Shown here piece by piece: positions 19,229 to 28,091 of a stretch of DNA of 64,000 nucleotides (its first letter is position 1; the number at the start of each line of letters is the position of its first letter). Source of the stretch: Coleofasciculus sp. B1-GNL1-01 (lineage in GTDB: Bacteria; Cyanobacteriota; Cyanobacteriia; Cyanobacteriales; Coleofasciculaceae); NCBI GenBank assembly GCA_040220235.1, contig JAVJTO010000075.1. One strand, 5' to 3'. Below the pieces are notes generated by a model. It saw only the letters and a program-made list of their open reading frames with translations, did no database searches and was not told the DNA's origin. The translations under genes and the position numbers were made by a program.

Positions 19229-20575
19229 ATGGCTTCAAACTTTGACCTTTCAATCATCCCTAGCTCTGTACCGCCTCAAAACATCGAGGCGGAGGAGTCT
19301 ATTTTGGGTGGGATCATGCTTGATCCTGAAGCAATGAGTCGAGTGGTAGATTTATTATCTCCAGAAGCCTTCTACGTTAGCGCTCACCAAGAAATCTATA
19401 GATCTGCCTTCATTCTGCACCATGAAGGTAAGCCAACGGATTTCATGAGCGTTACCTCTTGGTTGTATGACCATAAATTATTAGACAAGGTGGGGGGTCA
19501 GAGCAAGATAGCGCAGTTAATTGAACGCACGGTGTCAGCCGTGAATATTGACCGCTACGCAGCGTTGGTGATGGATAAGTACCTGCGCCGTCAACTCATC
19601 CAATCGGGAAATGAGATTGTTCAATTGGGTTACGAGACACCGATGGCATTGGACTTTGTGCTTGAGCAAGCGGAACAGAAAATTTTCAATTTGACCCAGG
19701 TGCGTCCACAACAAGGGTTAGTGCCAATCTCTGAGACATTAATTCAAGCCTTTCAGGAAATCGAAACGCTTCATGAAGGACTTGCCTTACCCGGTATACC
19801 CTCTAATTTCTATGACTTGGATGCGATAACGGGTGGGTTTGGGCGTTCTGATTTAATTATTGTGGCGGGAAGACCCTCAATGGGTAAAACTAGCTTTGCG
19901 TTGGCTATGGCTCGCAATATTGCTAACCGATTTCCTGTCGCAATTTTTAGTTTAGAAATGTCCAAGGCGCAATTAGTCCAGCGGCTTTTATCCAGCGAGG
20001 CGGGCATTGAAAGCAACTATTTGCGAACGGGGCGAATTACTCAAAATCAATGGGAACCCCTCTCCCATGCTCTGGGAACGTTATCAGAATTACCCATTTA
20101 TATCGAGGATACGCCTAATCCTACCGTTATGCAGATGCGATCAAATCTGCGGCGTCTCCAGGCGGAACAAGGGGGAACGCTGGGATTGGTTTTGATCGAT
20201 TACTTACAGTTAATGGAAGGGAGTGGTAGTGAAAATCGAGTCCAAGAACTGTCTCGAATTACCCGTTCTCTCAAAGGGTTAGCCCGCGAACTGAATACTC
20301 CTGTGATTGCCTTATCTCAGCTTAGTCGAGGGGTAGAGGCGCGGACGAATAAGCGACCGATGATGTCCGATTTGCGAGAGTCGGGTTCGATTGAGCAAGA
20401 TGCGGACTTAGTGATTATGTTGTACCGGGATGAGTATTACCATCCGGATACGCCTGATCAAGGGATCACGGAAGTGATTATTACTAAACATCGCAACGGT
20501 CCAATTGGGGTCGTGAAGTTGATTTTCGACCCTCAGTATACTCGCTTCCGCAATCTTGCCAATCCCAATCAGTGA
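19229..20575 (+). CDS. dnaB: replicative DNA helicase (intein-free)
   Basis: PPQNIEAEESILG, AGRPSMGKT, IDYLQL, ALSQLSR, DLRESGSIEQDAD, KHRNGP. Confidence 0.98.
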   Translation: MASNFDLSIIPSSVPPQNIEAEESILGGIMLDPEAMSRVVDLLSPEAFYVSAHQEIYRSAFILHHEGKPTDFMSVTSWLYDHKLLDKVGGQSKIAQLIERTVSAVNIDRYAALVMDKYLRRQLIQSGNEIVQLGYETPMALDFVLEQAEQKIFNLTQVRPQQGLVPISETLIQAFQEIETLHEGLALPGIPSNFYDLDAITGGFGRSDLIIVAGRPSMGKTSFALAMARNIANRFPVAIFSLEMSKAQLVQRLLSSEAGIESNYLRTGRITQNQWEPLSHALGTLSELPIYIEDTPNPTVMQMRSNLRRLQAEQGGTLGLVLIDYLQLMEGSGSENRVQELSRITRSLKGLARELNTPVIALSQLSRGVEARTNKRPMMSDLRESGSIEQDADLVIMLYRDEYYHPDTPDQGITEVIITKHRNGPIGVVKLIFDPQYTRFRNLANPNQ

Positions 20576-20701
20576 TTATTTAGTCATTCGTCATTTGTCA
20601 TTCGTCATTTGGGAGTCTCGCCAGCCGCCTTGGGTGGAAACCCAAGGACCAACGCTCAAGTTAGAAGAGAGCTAGCTGATTAGGAAAGGCTGGACAAGTT
20701 T

Positions 20702-21253
20702 TTAACTAATTTTTAGTAATTCCACATCAAAAATTAGAGTGGCGTTGGGTGGAATCACGCCACCTGCACCACGGGAACCATATCCTAATTCCGGGGGAAT
20801 GATCAGCCGTCGCCGTCCGCCCACTTTCATCGTGGCAACGCCTTCATCCCAGCCTTTGATCACCCGTCCTACACCGAGTTTAAAGGAAAAGGGACGGTTG
20901 CGATCGCGGGAACTATCAAACTTGGTGCCATCCTCCAGGGTTCCGGTATAGTGAACCACAACGGTTTGACCTTTTTGGGGTTGTGCGCCTTCACCTTCTT
21001 TGAGTTCGATATATTTCAAACCCGATGGTGTGGTAACAACCTCCTGCTCGGTGTTCTGTTCCTCAGTTGAATCCGTACTCATAGCAATTGATTGATTTTC
21101 AGGGATTGGTTTAGCCTGGGTAACTTGGGTTAGGGGTTGAGGTTGGGTTGGGTTGAGTTCGTCGGCGGTTGCACTCCCACGGCTGAGTTGAGTCACGACC
21201 AACAACAATCCACAGGCAACAATAACACCTAAGCTGATTAGAATATCTCTCAA
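20702..21253 (-). CDS. FKBP-type peptidyl-prolyl isomerase
   Basis: [49 protein letters not shown]-terminal TM/signal. Confidence 0.96.
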   Translation of the reverse strand: MRDILISLGVIVACGLLLVVTQLSRGSATADELNPTQPQPLTQVTQAKPIPENQSIAMSTDSTEEQNTEQEVVTTPSGLKYIELKEGEGAQPQKGQTVVVHYTGTLEDGTKFDSSRDRNRPFSFKLGVGRVIKGWDEGVATMKVGGRRRLIIPPELGYGSRGAGGVIPPNATLIFDVELLKIS

Positions 21254-21291
21254 AATCTATCCTCCTATTACAATGTTTGATTAATGTTTGA

Positions 21292-21615
21292 TTAACGCCA
21301 CAGCTTATTTTCTAGATCCCGCACTTGACGTTCCAACCTATCAATGCGCCCCCGCAATTCATCCACTTCTGTTTGCCGAGGCACACCTAACTCCTGCAAC
21401 AGATGCCGTAGCTGTCGTTCCATGTTGACTTCAAAGTTACCTTGTTCCGATTTGATCTGCTGCACCATATCATCAACGAATCCTTGGGCTTGCTCTGGAT
21501 TAATTTTTCCATCTTTGACCCATTCATCGCTAACTTCTCGTAGTTTGTCTGCAACCATTGACGTTGTGCCTACACCAACCATCAATAACTGCTTCAGCCA
21601 ATCTCTATTATCCAT
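21292..21615 (-). CDS. phasin-like (COG3937-type) protein
   Basis: GVGTTS.VA.KL...D.WVK.G, LGVPRQ.E.DELRGRIDRLE; ATG at 21615. Confidence 0.85.
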   Translation of the reverse strand: MDNRDWLKQLLMVGVGTTSMVADKLREVSDEWVKDGKINPEQAQGFVDDMVQQIKSEQGNFEVNMERQLRHLLQELGVPRQTEVDELRGRIDRLERQVRDLENKLWR

Positions 21616-21820
21616 ACGCTGTTCCTGTAACTCGGTGCTAACCCCAGGATAGGGGAAGGGAGGTTGATTCCAACCCCCAGTTCCATTTTGTGCTATCTTG
21701 CCCACAACTGCTGCCGTATTTACCCGCCCTTCTAGAGAGGCAGGGGCAGAGAAACGTCTATCTGTGACTTGAACTTGGTATGATTCAACCGTTTGCCCAG
21801 TAACCGATCAAGCGTTTTAT

Positions 21821-22135
21821 ATGGTAATTGAGTATCTTAAAATGAGAGTCTCGCCCGAACGTCGAGAAACCTTTATTCAGAAAGATGCCGAAATCTGGAC
21901 ACCAATGCTGGCTCGCTGTCCCGGATTTATCAGCAAAGAAGTCTGGATTGAGCCAGAAACACCCACCGAAGTCATCCTGATCATTCGTTGGACAAGCCGC
22001 GAACAGTGGAAAGCCATTCCCCAAGAGCAGTTGGATAAAACCCAACAGCAGTTCGAGCAAGAGTTTGGCAACGATTCTCAGATGATTCAGACGAGTGAAT
22101 ATCAAGTGAGAAAATTTCCCCAAACACCCAGCTAA
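21821..22135 (+). CDS. TIGR03792-like cyanobacterial protein (ABM-like fold)
   Basis: MVIE.LK..V....RE.FIQKD.EIWT..L...PGF..KEVW, IRW..REQWKAIP. Confidence 0.85.
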   Translation: MVIEYLKMRVSPERRETFIQKDAEIWTPMLARCPGFISKEVWIEPETPTEVILIIRWTSREQWKAIPQEQLDKTQQQFEQEFGNDSQMIQTSEYQVRKFPQTPS

Positions 22136-22147
22136 CGTTTAGACCTG

Positions 22148-22519
22148 ATGTCCAATTGTCCCCGTTGCCATCAATCTATCAGTAATCAAGAAATTACTTG
22201 TCCTCATTGCGGCATGATTCTCAAAGCCTACGGTCATCCGGGTATTACGTTACACCGAGCCGTGGAAGAGGAGTATTTGTGTCAAACCTGTCTCTATCAT
22301 GCTGATGATACTTGTACGTTTCCTCAACGTCCTTATGCTAAGGAATGTACCCTTTACACGGATAAAGACCAGTCTCCGCTCGAACCTGAACCGATTTATA
22401 TGCCGCGTCGTAGCCCCTTACAAGCGGCAAAATTGTGGTGTCAGCGTCACCCAGCCGTAGTTGGGTTACTGGGATTGGTTGGGGTTAGTATTGGGTTTAC
22501 CTTACTCTCTAACTCCTGA
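22148..22519 (+). CDS. zinc-ribbon protein with C-terminal TM helix
   Basis: CPRC/CPHC, LKAYGHPGI.L, C..C.YH.DDTC.FPQRP.A.ECTLY. Confidence 0.85.
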   Translation: MSNCPRCHQSISNQEITCPHCGMILKAYGHPGITLHRAVEEEYLCQTCLYHADDTCTFPQRPYAKECTLYTDKDQSPLEPEPIYMPRRSPLQAAKLWCQRHPAVVGLLGLVGVSIGFTLLSNS

Positions 22520-22699
22520 TAAGCTGTCACGCATTTAATTTAATCGCCGTTCAACAAAAATGGAATTAGATTTTTTGAGGTTCTTTAATGCTTGTGATCC
22601 AAGTAAAACGCTCGCGAGTACCGCTTCTTGATACAATTGTCCTAGTTCCGGGCTATCCGATTCTTGTGCCATCCGAATTGTCATATAATCGGTGAAACG

Positions 22700-24706
22700 T
22701 TACGTCAAAGACGCGGCTGTCTCGTCCGTCTCGGTTGAGAGTAAGTGGTCTTCTGTTGTCAGTAAGTGGTCTTCTGAAGACTGCTCAATTGATTGATCTT
22801 TTTCGGTACACACATCCAAATTAAACCAGAAGGTTGTACCAATCCCCACTTCACTAACTAAATAGACCCGACTGTGATGTTTCTCAACAATATTGCGGAC
22901 AATGGAAAGCCCTAAACCCGTCCCTTCCAGGGTATGAACTCGATTCTCGACGCGGAAAAATCGATCAAAAATGTTGTTTTGATCCTCCCAATCAATCCCA
23001 ATTCCTGTATCGGAGATTTCCACTCGAACCTGGGGAATTTCATCCGGATGATGGGGATTGGGTTCTAGGGGATAGGCACGAATCACAACTCGTCCACCGG
23101 ATTCTGTGAATTTCAGGGCGTTACCTACTAAGTTATCAAAGACTTGCAGCAATAAGTCATAATGCCCTAACACGGGAGGCAAGTGAGGCGCTATTTCCTG
23201 TACCAGTTCAATCCCTTTATCCTTGGCATTAAGCTGGTAGGTGCGGAGAGTTTGCTCCACGGGTCCAGCAATATCTACGGGTTCAAAATGATAAATACGA
23301 CAGGATGTTTCCAGTCTCGACAAATCCAAAACATCGTTAACCAAACGAGTTAAACGATCCGTTTCCCGATTCGCCGTTTCTAGAAATTCTTGCCGTTCGA
23401 CTTCAGTTAAATCTTCGCCGTATTCGTGTAGGGTTTCGATGAATGATTTGATGTTAAATAACGGCGTTCTCAGTTCGTGAGACACATTACTGATAAATTG
23501 GCTCTTTGCCTCATTCAGTTCCACCTCACGGGTAATATCCTGCACCGTCATGGCAATGCCTTTGATACTCTCGCGGTATTGGTCAAACACCCGCGTCAAT
23601 AGAATTCGCACAGTACGGGGTGTGGGTTCACTCAGCGTAATACGGAACTCCTCCCCTTCCCGTTCCGCCGCCGTTTCGCCGCTAGCAATTTGATACAGGG
23701 GGCGGGTTAGTTCAGAGGTAACCACTGAGGGGAGATGATGCAGTACGTTTTCACCAACCAGGGTATGTCCATCCCAGCCAAAAATACGCCGCGCCGTCGG
23801 GTTGACCAAAATCACGTTCAATGTGGTATCGATTAATACAGCACCATCCGCGATCGTAGACACCAAGGTTTCCAGTTTGGCTTTTTCTGCGGTCAATTCC
23901 TCAATATTTTGTTCCTCATAACGCTCTAAGCGTTCTGCCATATCGTTGAAACTGGAAATCAGTTCTCCCAGTTCTCCGCCTAGGGGTAAGTCAATGCGCT
24001 GCTTGAAGTTCCCAGCGGCAATATTTTTAACCCCCGTGAGCAGTTCTTTAATCGGTTGGGTAATTGTCAAGGCATTAAATACAGCGCCCAGAATCACCAT
24101 TACCCAAATTGAGATAAACACAGCAATGGTGACATCCCGGGTCAAATTCGAGGAGGCGACAACGGTGGGATTGGGGTTAATGCCAATGGCTAAAACACCG
24201 AGATAGTTCCCTTCATGGGTGAGGGGGACAAAAACATCCGTCACTTCCCCATCTGGGGTGACATGCTGCCGAACCATGGGCAAGTCGGAGTTTTTGGCAT
24301 AGTCTTCGGGAAGCTGAATCCGGCGTCGAATAGAGAGAGAATTGTGGACTTCCGATTCAGAAAAGGGGATGCCGAAGAAAATTCTGCCATCCTCATCCGC
24401 ATAGATCATATAGCGCACGCTAGAGGTACTGCTATAAAAACGGTGAGAAAAGCGAGCGACTTCGGTGAGATTGTTTTCAGCAATCTGAGGGGCGACATTC
24501 GCCGCCAACAGTAGACCCAAATCCCGACCAAAACGAGTGTCGTTCACCCGGGCGTCTTGTTGAATCGTGTTGACTGCCCAAAAGGTCAAGCCACTCATAA
24601 TCAGGGAGACGGCTAAGGTCGCCGCCGCCATTAGTCGGGTCTGGAGAGTAAACTCCGACCACCATCGTCCCAGTATTTCTCGGAAGGTTTTCAGCAAAGC
24701 CAGCAA
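22700..24706 (-). CDS. nblS: sensor histidine kinase NblS/Hik33 (TM-HAMP-PAS-HisKA-HATPase)
   Basis: WWSEFTLQTRLMAAAT, VSHELRTPLFNIKS, RVENRVHTLEGTGLGL; purD-nblS synteny. Confidence 0.97.
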   Translation of the reverse strand: MLALLKTFREILGRWWSEFTLQTRLMAAATLAVSLIMSGLTFWAVNTIQQDARVNDTRFGRDLGLLLAANVAPQIAENNLTEVARFSHRFYSSTSSVRYMIYADEDGRIFFGIPFSESEVHNSLSIRRRIQLPEDYAKNSDLPMVRQHVTPDGEVTDVFVPLTHEGNYLGVLAIGINPNPTVVASSNLTRDVTIAVFISIWVMVILGAVFNALTITQPIKELLTGVKNIAAGNFKQRIDLPLGGELGELISSFNDMAERLERYEEQNIEELTAEKAKLETLVSTIADGAVLIDTTLNVILVNPTARRIFGWDGHTLVGENVLHHLPSVVTSELTRPLYQIASGETAAEREGEEFRITLSEPTPRTVRILLTRVFDQYRESIKGIAMTVQDITREVELNEAKSQFISNVSHELRTPLFNIKSFIETLHEYGEDLTEVERQEFLETANRETDRLTRLVNDVLDLSRLETSCRIYHFEPVDIAGPVEQTLRTYQLNAKDKGIELVQEIAPHLPPVLGHYDLLLQVFDNLVGNALKFTESGGRVVIRAYPLEPNPHHPDEIPQVRVEISDTGIGIDWEDQNNIFDRFFRVENRVHTLEGTGLGLSIVRNIVEKHHSRVYLVSEVGIGTTFWFNLDVCTEKDQSIEQSSEDHLLTTEDHLLSTETDETAASLT

Positions 24707-24739
24707 AATGGGTTGATCAGCATTAAACGGAAACGTTCT

Positions 24740-24900
24740 CTTAATGTATCTTAATTCTGTGACATACTCCCGACGCTCATCCTACGGATAGAGCGCGGGC
24801 TTCTCCATCCCGTTCCCGAGACTTCGCGTTTTTGAGTGAGGCGATGCCCAACCCCACTTTTTTGATTAAAATACCTGAACACAGATCTCGTGGCATAGAA
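24740..24900 (-). ncRNA. predicted TnpB omega/reRNA (scaffold overlapping the tnpB 3' end, guide from the flank)
   Basis: right-end hairpin GAAGCCCGCGCTCTATCCGTAGGATGAGCGTCGGGAGTATGTCAC; boundaries inferred from known TnpB systems. Confidence 0.55.
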
Positions 24901-26060
24901 GCACCGCAATGAGGGCATTCATGCCACCGATCAGATAGAGATTTAGAAACCCGGTTTAAGCAAATTGCACAATGTTGAGATGTACCCGCAGGATTTACCT
25001 TGACAATCTGCTTACCAGCTTTTTCAGCTTTGTCAGACAAGATATCGTTGAGGAATTCCGCTATCCCCGCATCAGCAAAGCTTTTATTCAAGCCTGACTT
25101 TTGAGATTGCCGATTGGGAAGGAAGTTGCCTTGTTCATCTTGTTTGGGCTTATTGCGCCGATTCATATTGGAGATTTTGAGGTCTTCGACAAAAACCACA
25201 TCAGCCTTGTTTAGTAGTTCTCCGGCTAACTCGTAATGCCATTGCCTACGCTGTCTGGCAATACGTTGATGAAGTCTAGCTAGACGCTGATTCAGTTTAC
25301 GCCTAGCTCTGGTCCCTTTTGCTCTTAATTCCCTTTTGACTTGAAGTTGGGCGAGCTTGTCTTCAGCTTGGCGATAAAACTTTGGAGGTTCAACTAAAGT
25401 CCCGTCAGAACAAGCAGCAAAATATTCCAGCCCTGCATCCACACCAATACTATTCTCTTCTGTTGGCTGAATGTCTCTTGTCGGAGTATCAGGCACAGAC
25501 TTGTCTGAGAGAGTTAAGGTGACATACCAGCCATCAGCTTTTTTGGTAATTAGCGCTCGTTTAACCACAAAACCATCCGGTGTTGGTCGGTGTTGGATGA
25601 ACTTAATAGCTCCCATCTTTGGGAGAACAATTCGATTCCCTTGTATGCACTCAGACTTAATGGAAGGGAAAGCCATCGTTCGATAACGATTCTTCCCCTT
25701 AAATCGAGGCTTGCCACTACGCTTTCCCTTGCTATCGCCTCCTATAAATCGTTTGAAGGCTAAATCGACCCGCTTCACTACATCCTGAAGTACATGAGCA
25801 TGGATGTCTTTATACCAAGGACGTTCCTGCTTTAGCTGTACCAAAGAACGTTTTTGCCCGTAGTATTCTGGCTGTTCTTTTGGTTGAGCAATACTGCAAG
25901 TTAGAAAGCAAGCGTTGATTGGACTACGGTTCATTTCCCACCAGTCGAATCTTTCCGCCAATAGCCAGTTGTACTGGTAGCGCAACATATCGAGCCAACG
26001 AGTCAAACGACATCGCTGTTCGTATGTAGGCTTAAGACGGTATTGATAGGAGGTAATCAT
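24777..26060 (-). CDS. tnpB: RNA-guided endonuclease TnpB
   Basis: YQYRLKPT N-terminus, GKPRFK, RuvC-I GVDAGL, RuvC-II VEDL, CAIC/CPHC zinc finger, RuvC-III PRD. Confidence 0.95.
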   Translation of the reverse strand: MITSYQYRLKPTYEQRCRLTRWLDMLRYQYNWLLAERFDWWEMNRSPINACFLTCSIAQPKEQPEYYGQKRSLVQLKQERPWYKDIHAHVLQDVVKRVDLAFKRFIGGDSKGKRSGKPRFKGKNRYRTMAFPSIKSECIQGNRIVLPKMGAIKFIQHRPTPDGFVVKRALITKKADGWYVTLTLSDKSVPDTPTRDIQPTEENSIGVDAGLEYFAACSDGTLVEPPKFYRQAEDKLAQLQVKRELRAKGTRARRKLNQRLARLHQRIARQRRQWHYELAGELLNKADVVFVEDLKISNMNRRNKPKQDEQGNFLPNRQSQKSGLNKSFADAGIAEFLNDILSDKAEKAGKQIVKVNPAGTSQHCAICLNRVSKSLSDRWHECPHCGASMPRDLCSGILIKKVGLGIASLKNAKSRERDGEARALSVG

Positions 26061-26110
26061 CGCTTTGTTTAGTCTGCTAAAATTAGCGTAGCACATATTA
26101 GCTACGTTGA

Positions 26111-26311
26111 TTAAATGGTTCTTTGATAGGTTTTTACAGAACTGCCCCGAGGAGAATATAATATGATAATTTCTTCACCAATCTCTTCACTGGGAAGCAA
26201 GTATTTTGATTCAATCAATCCATCGATTTTTGTCCGAGCCTCTAATAACTGGTCTAGAGAAAGGGCATCCAGTTGTTGAATAATTTCGTCTAGGGGTTTC
26301 GTTTCTCTCAT
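26111..26311 (-). CDS. short hypothetical protein, possibly truncated
   Basis: amphipathic LDEIIQQLDALSLDQLLEAR helix; the C-terminus runs into the tnpB upstream region. Confidence 0.45.
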   Translation of the reverse strand: MRETKPLDEIIQQLDALSLDQLLEARTKIDGLIESKYLLPSEEIGEEIIILYSPRGSSVKTYQRTI

Positions 26312-26425
26312 AACGGCAAGCACGACTCGACTCTCTCTATCCTAACCGGGACTGGGTTTTGTCAATGCGTAAGTTCTAACCAAGGACAAATGACGAATGA
26401 CATAAGACATAAGACATAAGACAAA

Positions 26426-27691
26426 TTAGGTTTGAGTGAAGCGATGACCAATATCTTTACGATAGTACATTCCCTCAAACTCAATACAGTCTATCGCCCG
26501 ATAAGTGGCGGCGATCGCACTCTCTAAGGTTTCTCCAGTTGCTGACACCGCTAACACGCGCCCACCATCGGTTAGCATCTGTTCCTGTTTAAACTGAGTT
26601 CCCGCACAAAATACCGTAGCCCCCCGTTCCTGGGCTTGTTCAATCCCATTAATAACATGACCCTTCTGATACGCCTCTGGATATCCTTGAGCCGCCGCCA
26701 CCACACAAGCCGCCGCCCCAGGATGCCAGCTAATTGAGGGCAATTCTGCCAGTTTCCGCCCAGTACACGCCAAGAGTAACTCGTGCAGGGGCGTTTCCAA
26801 CAACGGTAAAATCGCTTGAGTTTCTGGGTCACCAAAGCGACAATTAAACTCCAGAACCGTGGGATCACCTTGAGGCGTAATCATTAATCCGGCGTAGAGA
26901 ACCCCCCGATAGTCAATTCCTCGTTCCTGCAACGCCTTAACTGTGGGTTGGAGAATGTCTTGCTCAATCCGTGCCATCAAGCTAGGATTCACCAGGGGAG
27001 AGGGAGCAAACGCGCCCATTCCTCCTGTATTTGGTCCTGTATCACCTTCACCAATCCGTTTATGGTCTTGAGCGGGTAATAAGGGACGAATCGTGATGCC
27101 ATCGGTTAGTGCCAAGACAGAAACTTCTTGACCCGTGACGCATTCTTCGATGACCACGGCATTAAACTTATTCTTAAACAAGAACTCAACCGCCGCTATT
27201 GCTTCTTCAATGGTTTGAGCTACCGTAACCCCTTTTCCGGCTGCCAAACCATCTGCCTTGACGACAATTGGGGCATCTTGCTCTTTCAGGTATGCGATCG
27301 CTTCATCCTTATCGGCAAACATAGCAAACGCCGGAGTGGGAACGCCAGCCGACTGCATCAACGTTTTTGCCCAAGCTTTACTCGATTCAATTTGGGCACC
27401 CGCTTGAGTGGGACCAAAAACCACCAAATTTTGACGACGCAGGTAGTCGGTAATCCCCAATGCCAACGGCAGTTCCGGACCCACAACCACTAACGAAATA
27501 TTATGAACCAAAGCAAACCGAGCAATTCCGGCAAAGTCATCCACTCGTAAAGACAGATTCTGACACTGTGGATTTGTCGCTGTACCCCCATTGCCAGGAA
27601 CACAGATTACTTGTTTAATGCGTTGAGATTGCAACAGTTTACAGGCGAGGGCGTGTTCGCGTCCCCCATTGCCAACCACCAAAATCTTCAC
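26426..27691 (-). CDS. purD: phosphoribosylamine-glycine ligase
   Basis: VGNGGREHAL, VKADGLAAGKGV, QDHKR.GEGDTGPNTGGMG, EFNCRFGDPE; GTG start at 27691. Confidence 0.98.
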   Translation of the reverse strand: MKILVVGNGGREHALACKLLQSQRIKQVICVPGNGGTATNPQCQNLSLRVDDFAGIARFALVHNISLVVVGPELPLALGITDYLRRQNLVVFGPTQAGAQIESSKAWAKTLMQSAGVPTPAFAMFADKDEAIAYLKEQDAPIVVKADGLAAGKGVTVAQTIEEAIAAVEFLFKNKFNAVVIEECVTGQEVSVLALTDGITIRPLLPAQDHKRIGEGDTGPNTGGMGAFAPSPLVNPSLMARIEQDILQPTVKALQERGIDYRGVLYAGLMITPQGDPTVLEFNCRFGDPETQAILPLLETPLHELLLACTGRKLAELPSISWHPGAAACVVAAAQGYPEAYQKGHVINGIEQAQERGATVFCAGTQFKQEQMLTDGGRVLAVSATGETLESAIAATYRAIDCIEFEGMYYRKDIGHRFTQT

Positions 27692-27836
27692 GTTAGCCTC
27701 GCGCTCCCGAAGAAATGAACGATAAAGTATACACTGCCATAAAGCAGGTGGTACTACGGATGCCGTTGTACCCAATGAGTGTGTGTGTTGAGCAAATGCC
27801 CTCTATTATGCCATGGGATGTCCCCTGATAAGGTGT

Positions 27837-27941
27837 GGGGGAGATGAGGGAGATGGGGGAGCTGGGGGAGCTGGGGGAGATGAGGAAGCAAACCCATGAC
27901 AAATGACATAAGACGTAGCTTGCTTCTCAAGGGAGCGAGTA
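27837..27941. repeat. STRR tracts plus a 28-bp small dispersed repeat CGTAGCTTGCTTCTC-N4/5-AGCGAGTA
   Basis: copies at 27914-27941, 34275-34301 and 52813-52840 (reverse), all within TGAC/GGAC heptamer tracts. Confidence 0.85.
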
Positions 27942-28067
27942 AGCTGTTCGGCATTTAAACCTTAATGTCAATAAGGGTGAAAGCCTTGTAGTGCGTTTAG
28001 CGAAGCCATGCCGCAGGCTTTGCATCTTGCTCGCTACTAATACCCAATTTAAATGCATAACAGCTTA
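27940..28067. mobile_element. MITE with AGCTGT...ACAGCT ends and TA duplication, copy 1
   Basis: TIR AGCTGTT..GCATTTAAA / TTTAAATGC..AACAGCT; 5 differences from copy 2 over 128 bp. Confidence 0.85.
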
Positions 28068-28091
28068 TGACGAATGACAAATGACGAATAA

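Larger units (their letters stand above)
24759..26360 (-). mobile_element. tnpB-only IS200/IS605-family element (IS1341-like); right end at TCAC (24759), left end uncertain (about 26110 or 26360)
   Basis: tnpB, right-end hairpin ending TCAC, hairpin CGTAGC-N8-GCTACG at 26087-26106, TTGAC at 26361-26365 (minus strand); no tnpA. Confidence 0.7.

Noticed and set aside
19229..20575. possible intein in DnaB, common in cyanobacteria
   Set aside because: RESG/SIEQDAD and the P-loop are contiguous and the length is normal
22739..22780. 21-bp tandem duplication at the nblS 3' end; similar DND repeats in rne (about 43760-43812)
   Set aside because: ordinary slippage in disordered tails
24777..26060. 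TnpB as a nuclease-dead TldR-type regulator or a Cas12
   Set aside because: RuvC D/E/D residues appear intact, an IS right end is present and there is no array
27693..27954. Pro/Ser/His-rich ORFs
   Set aside because: translations of nonamer STRR tracts
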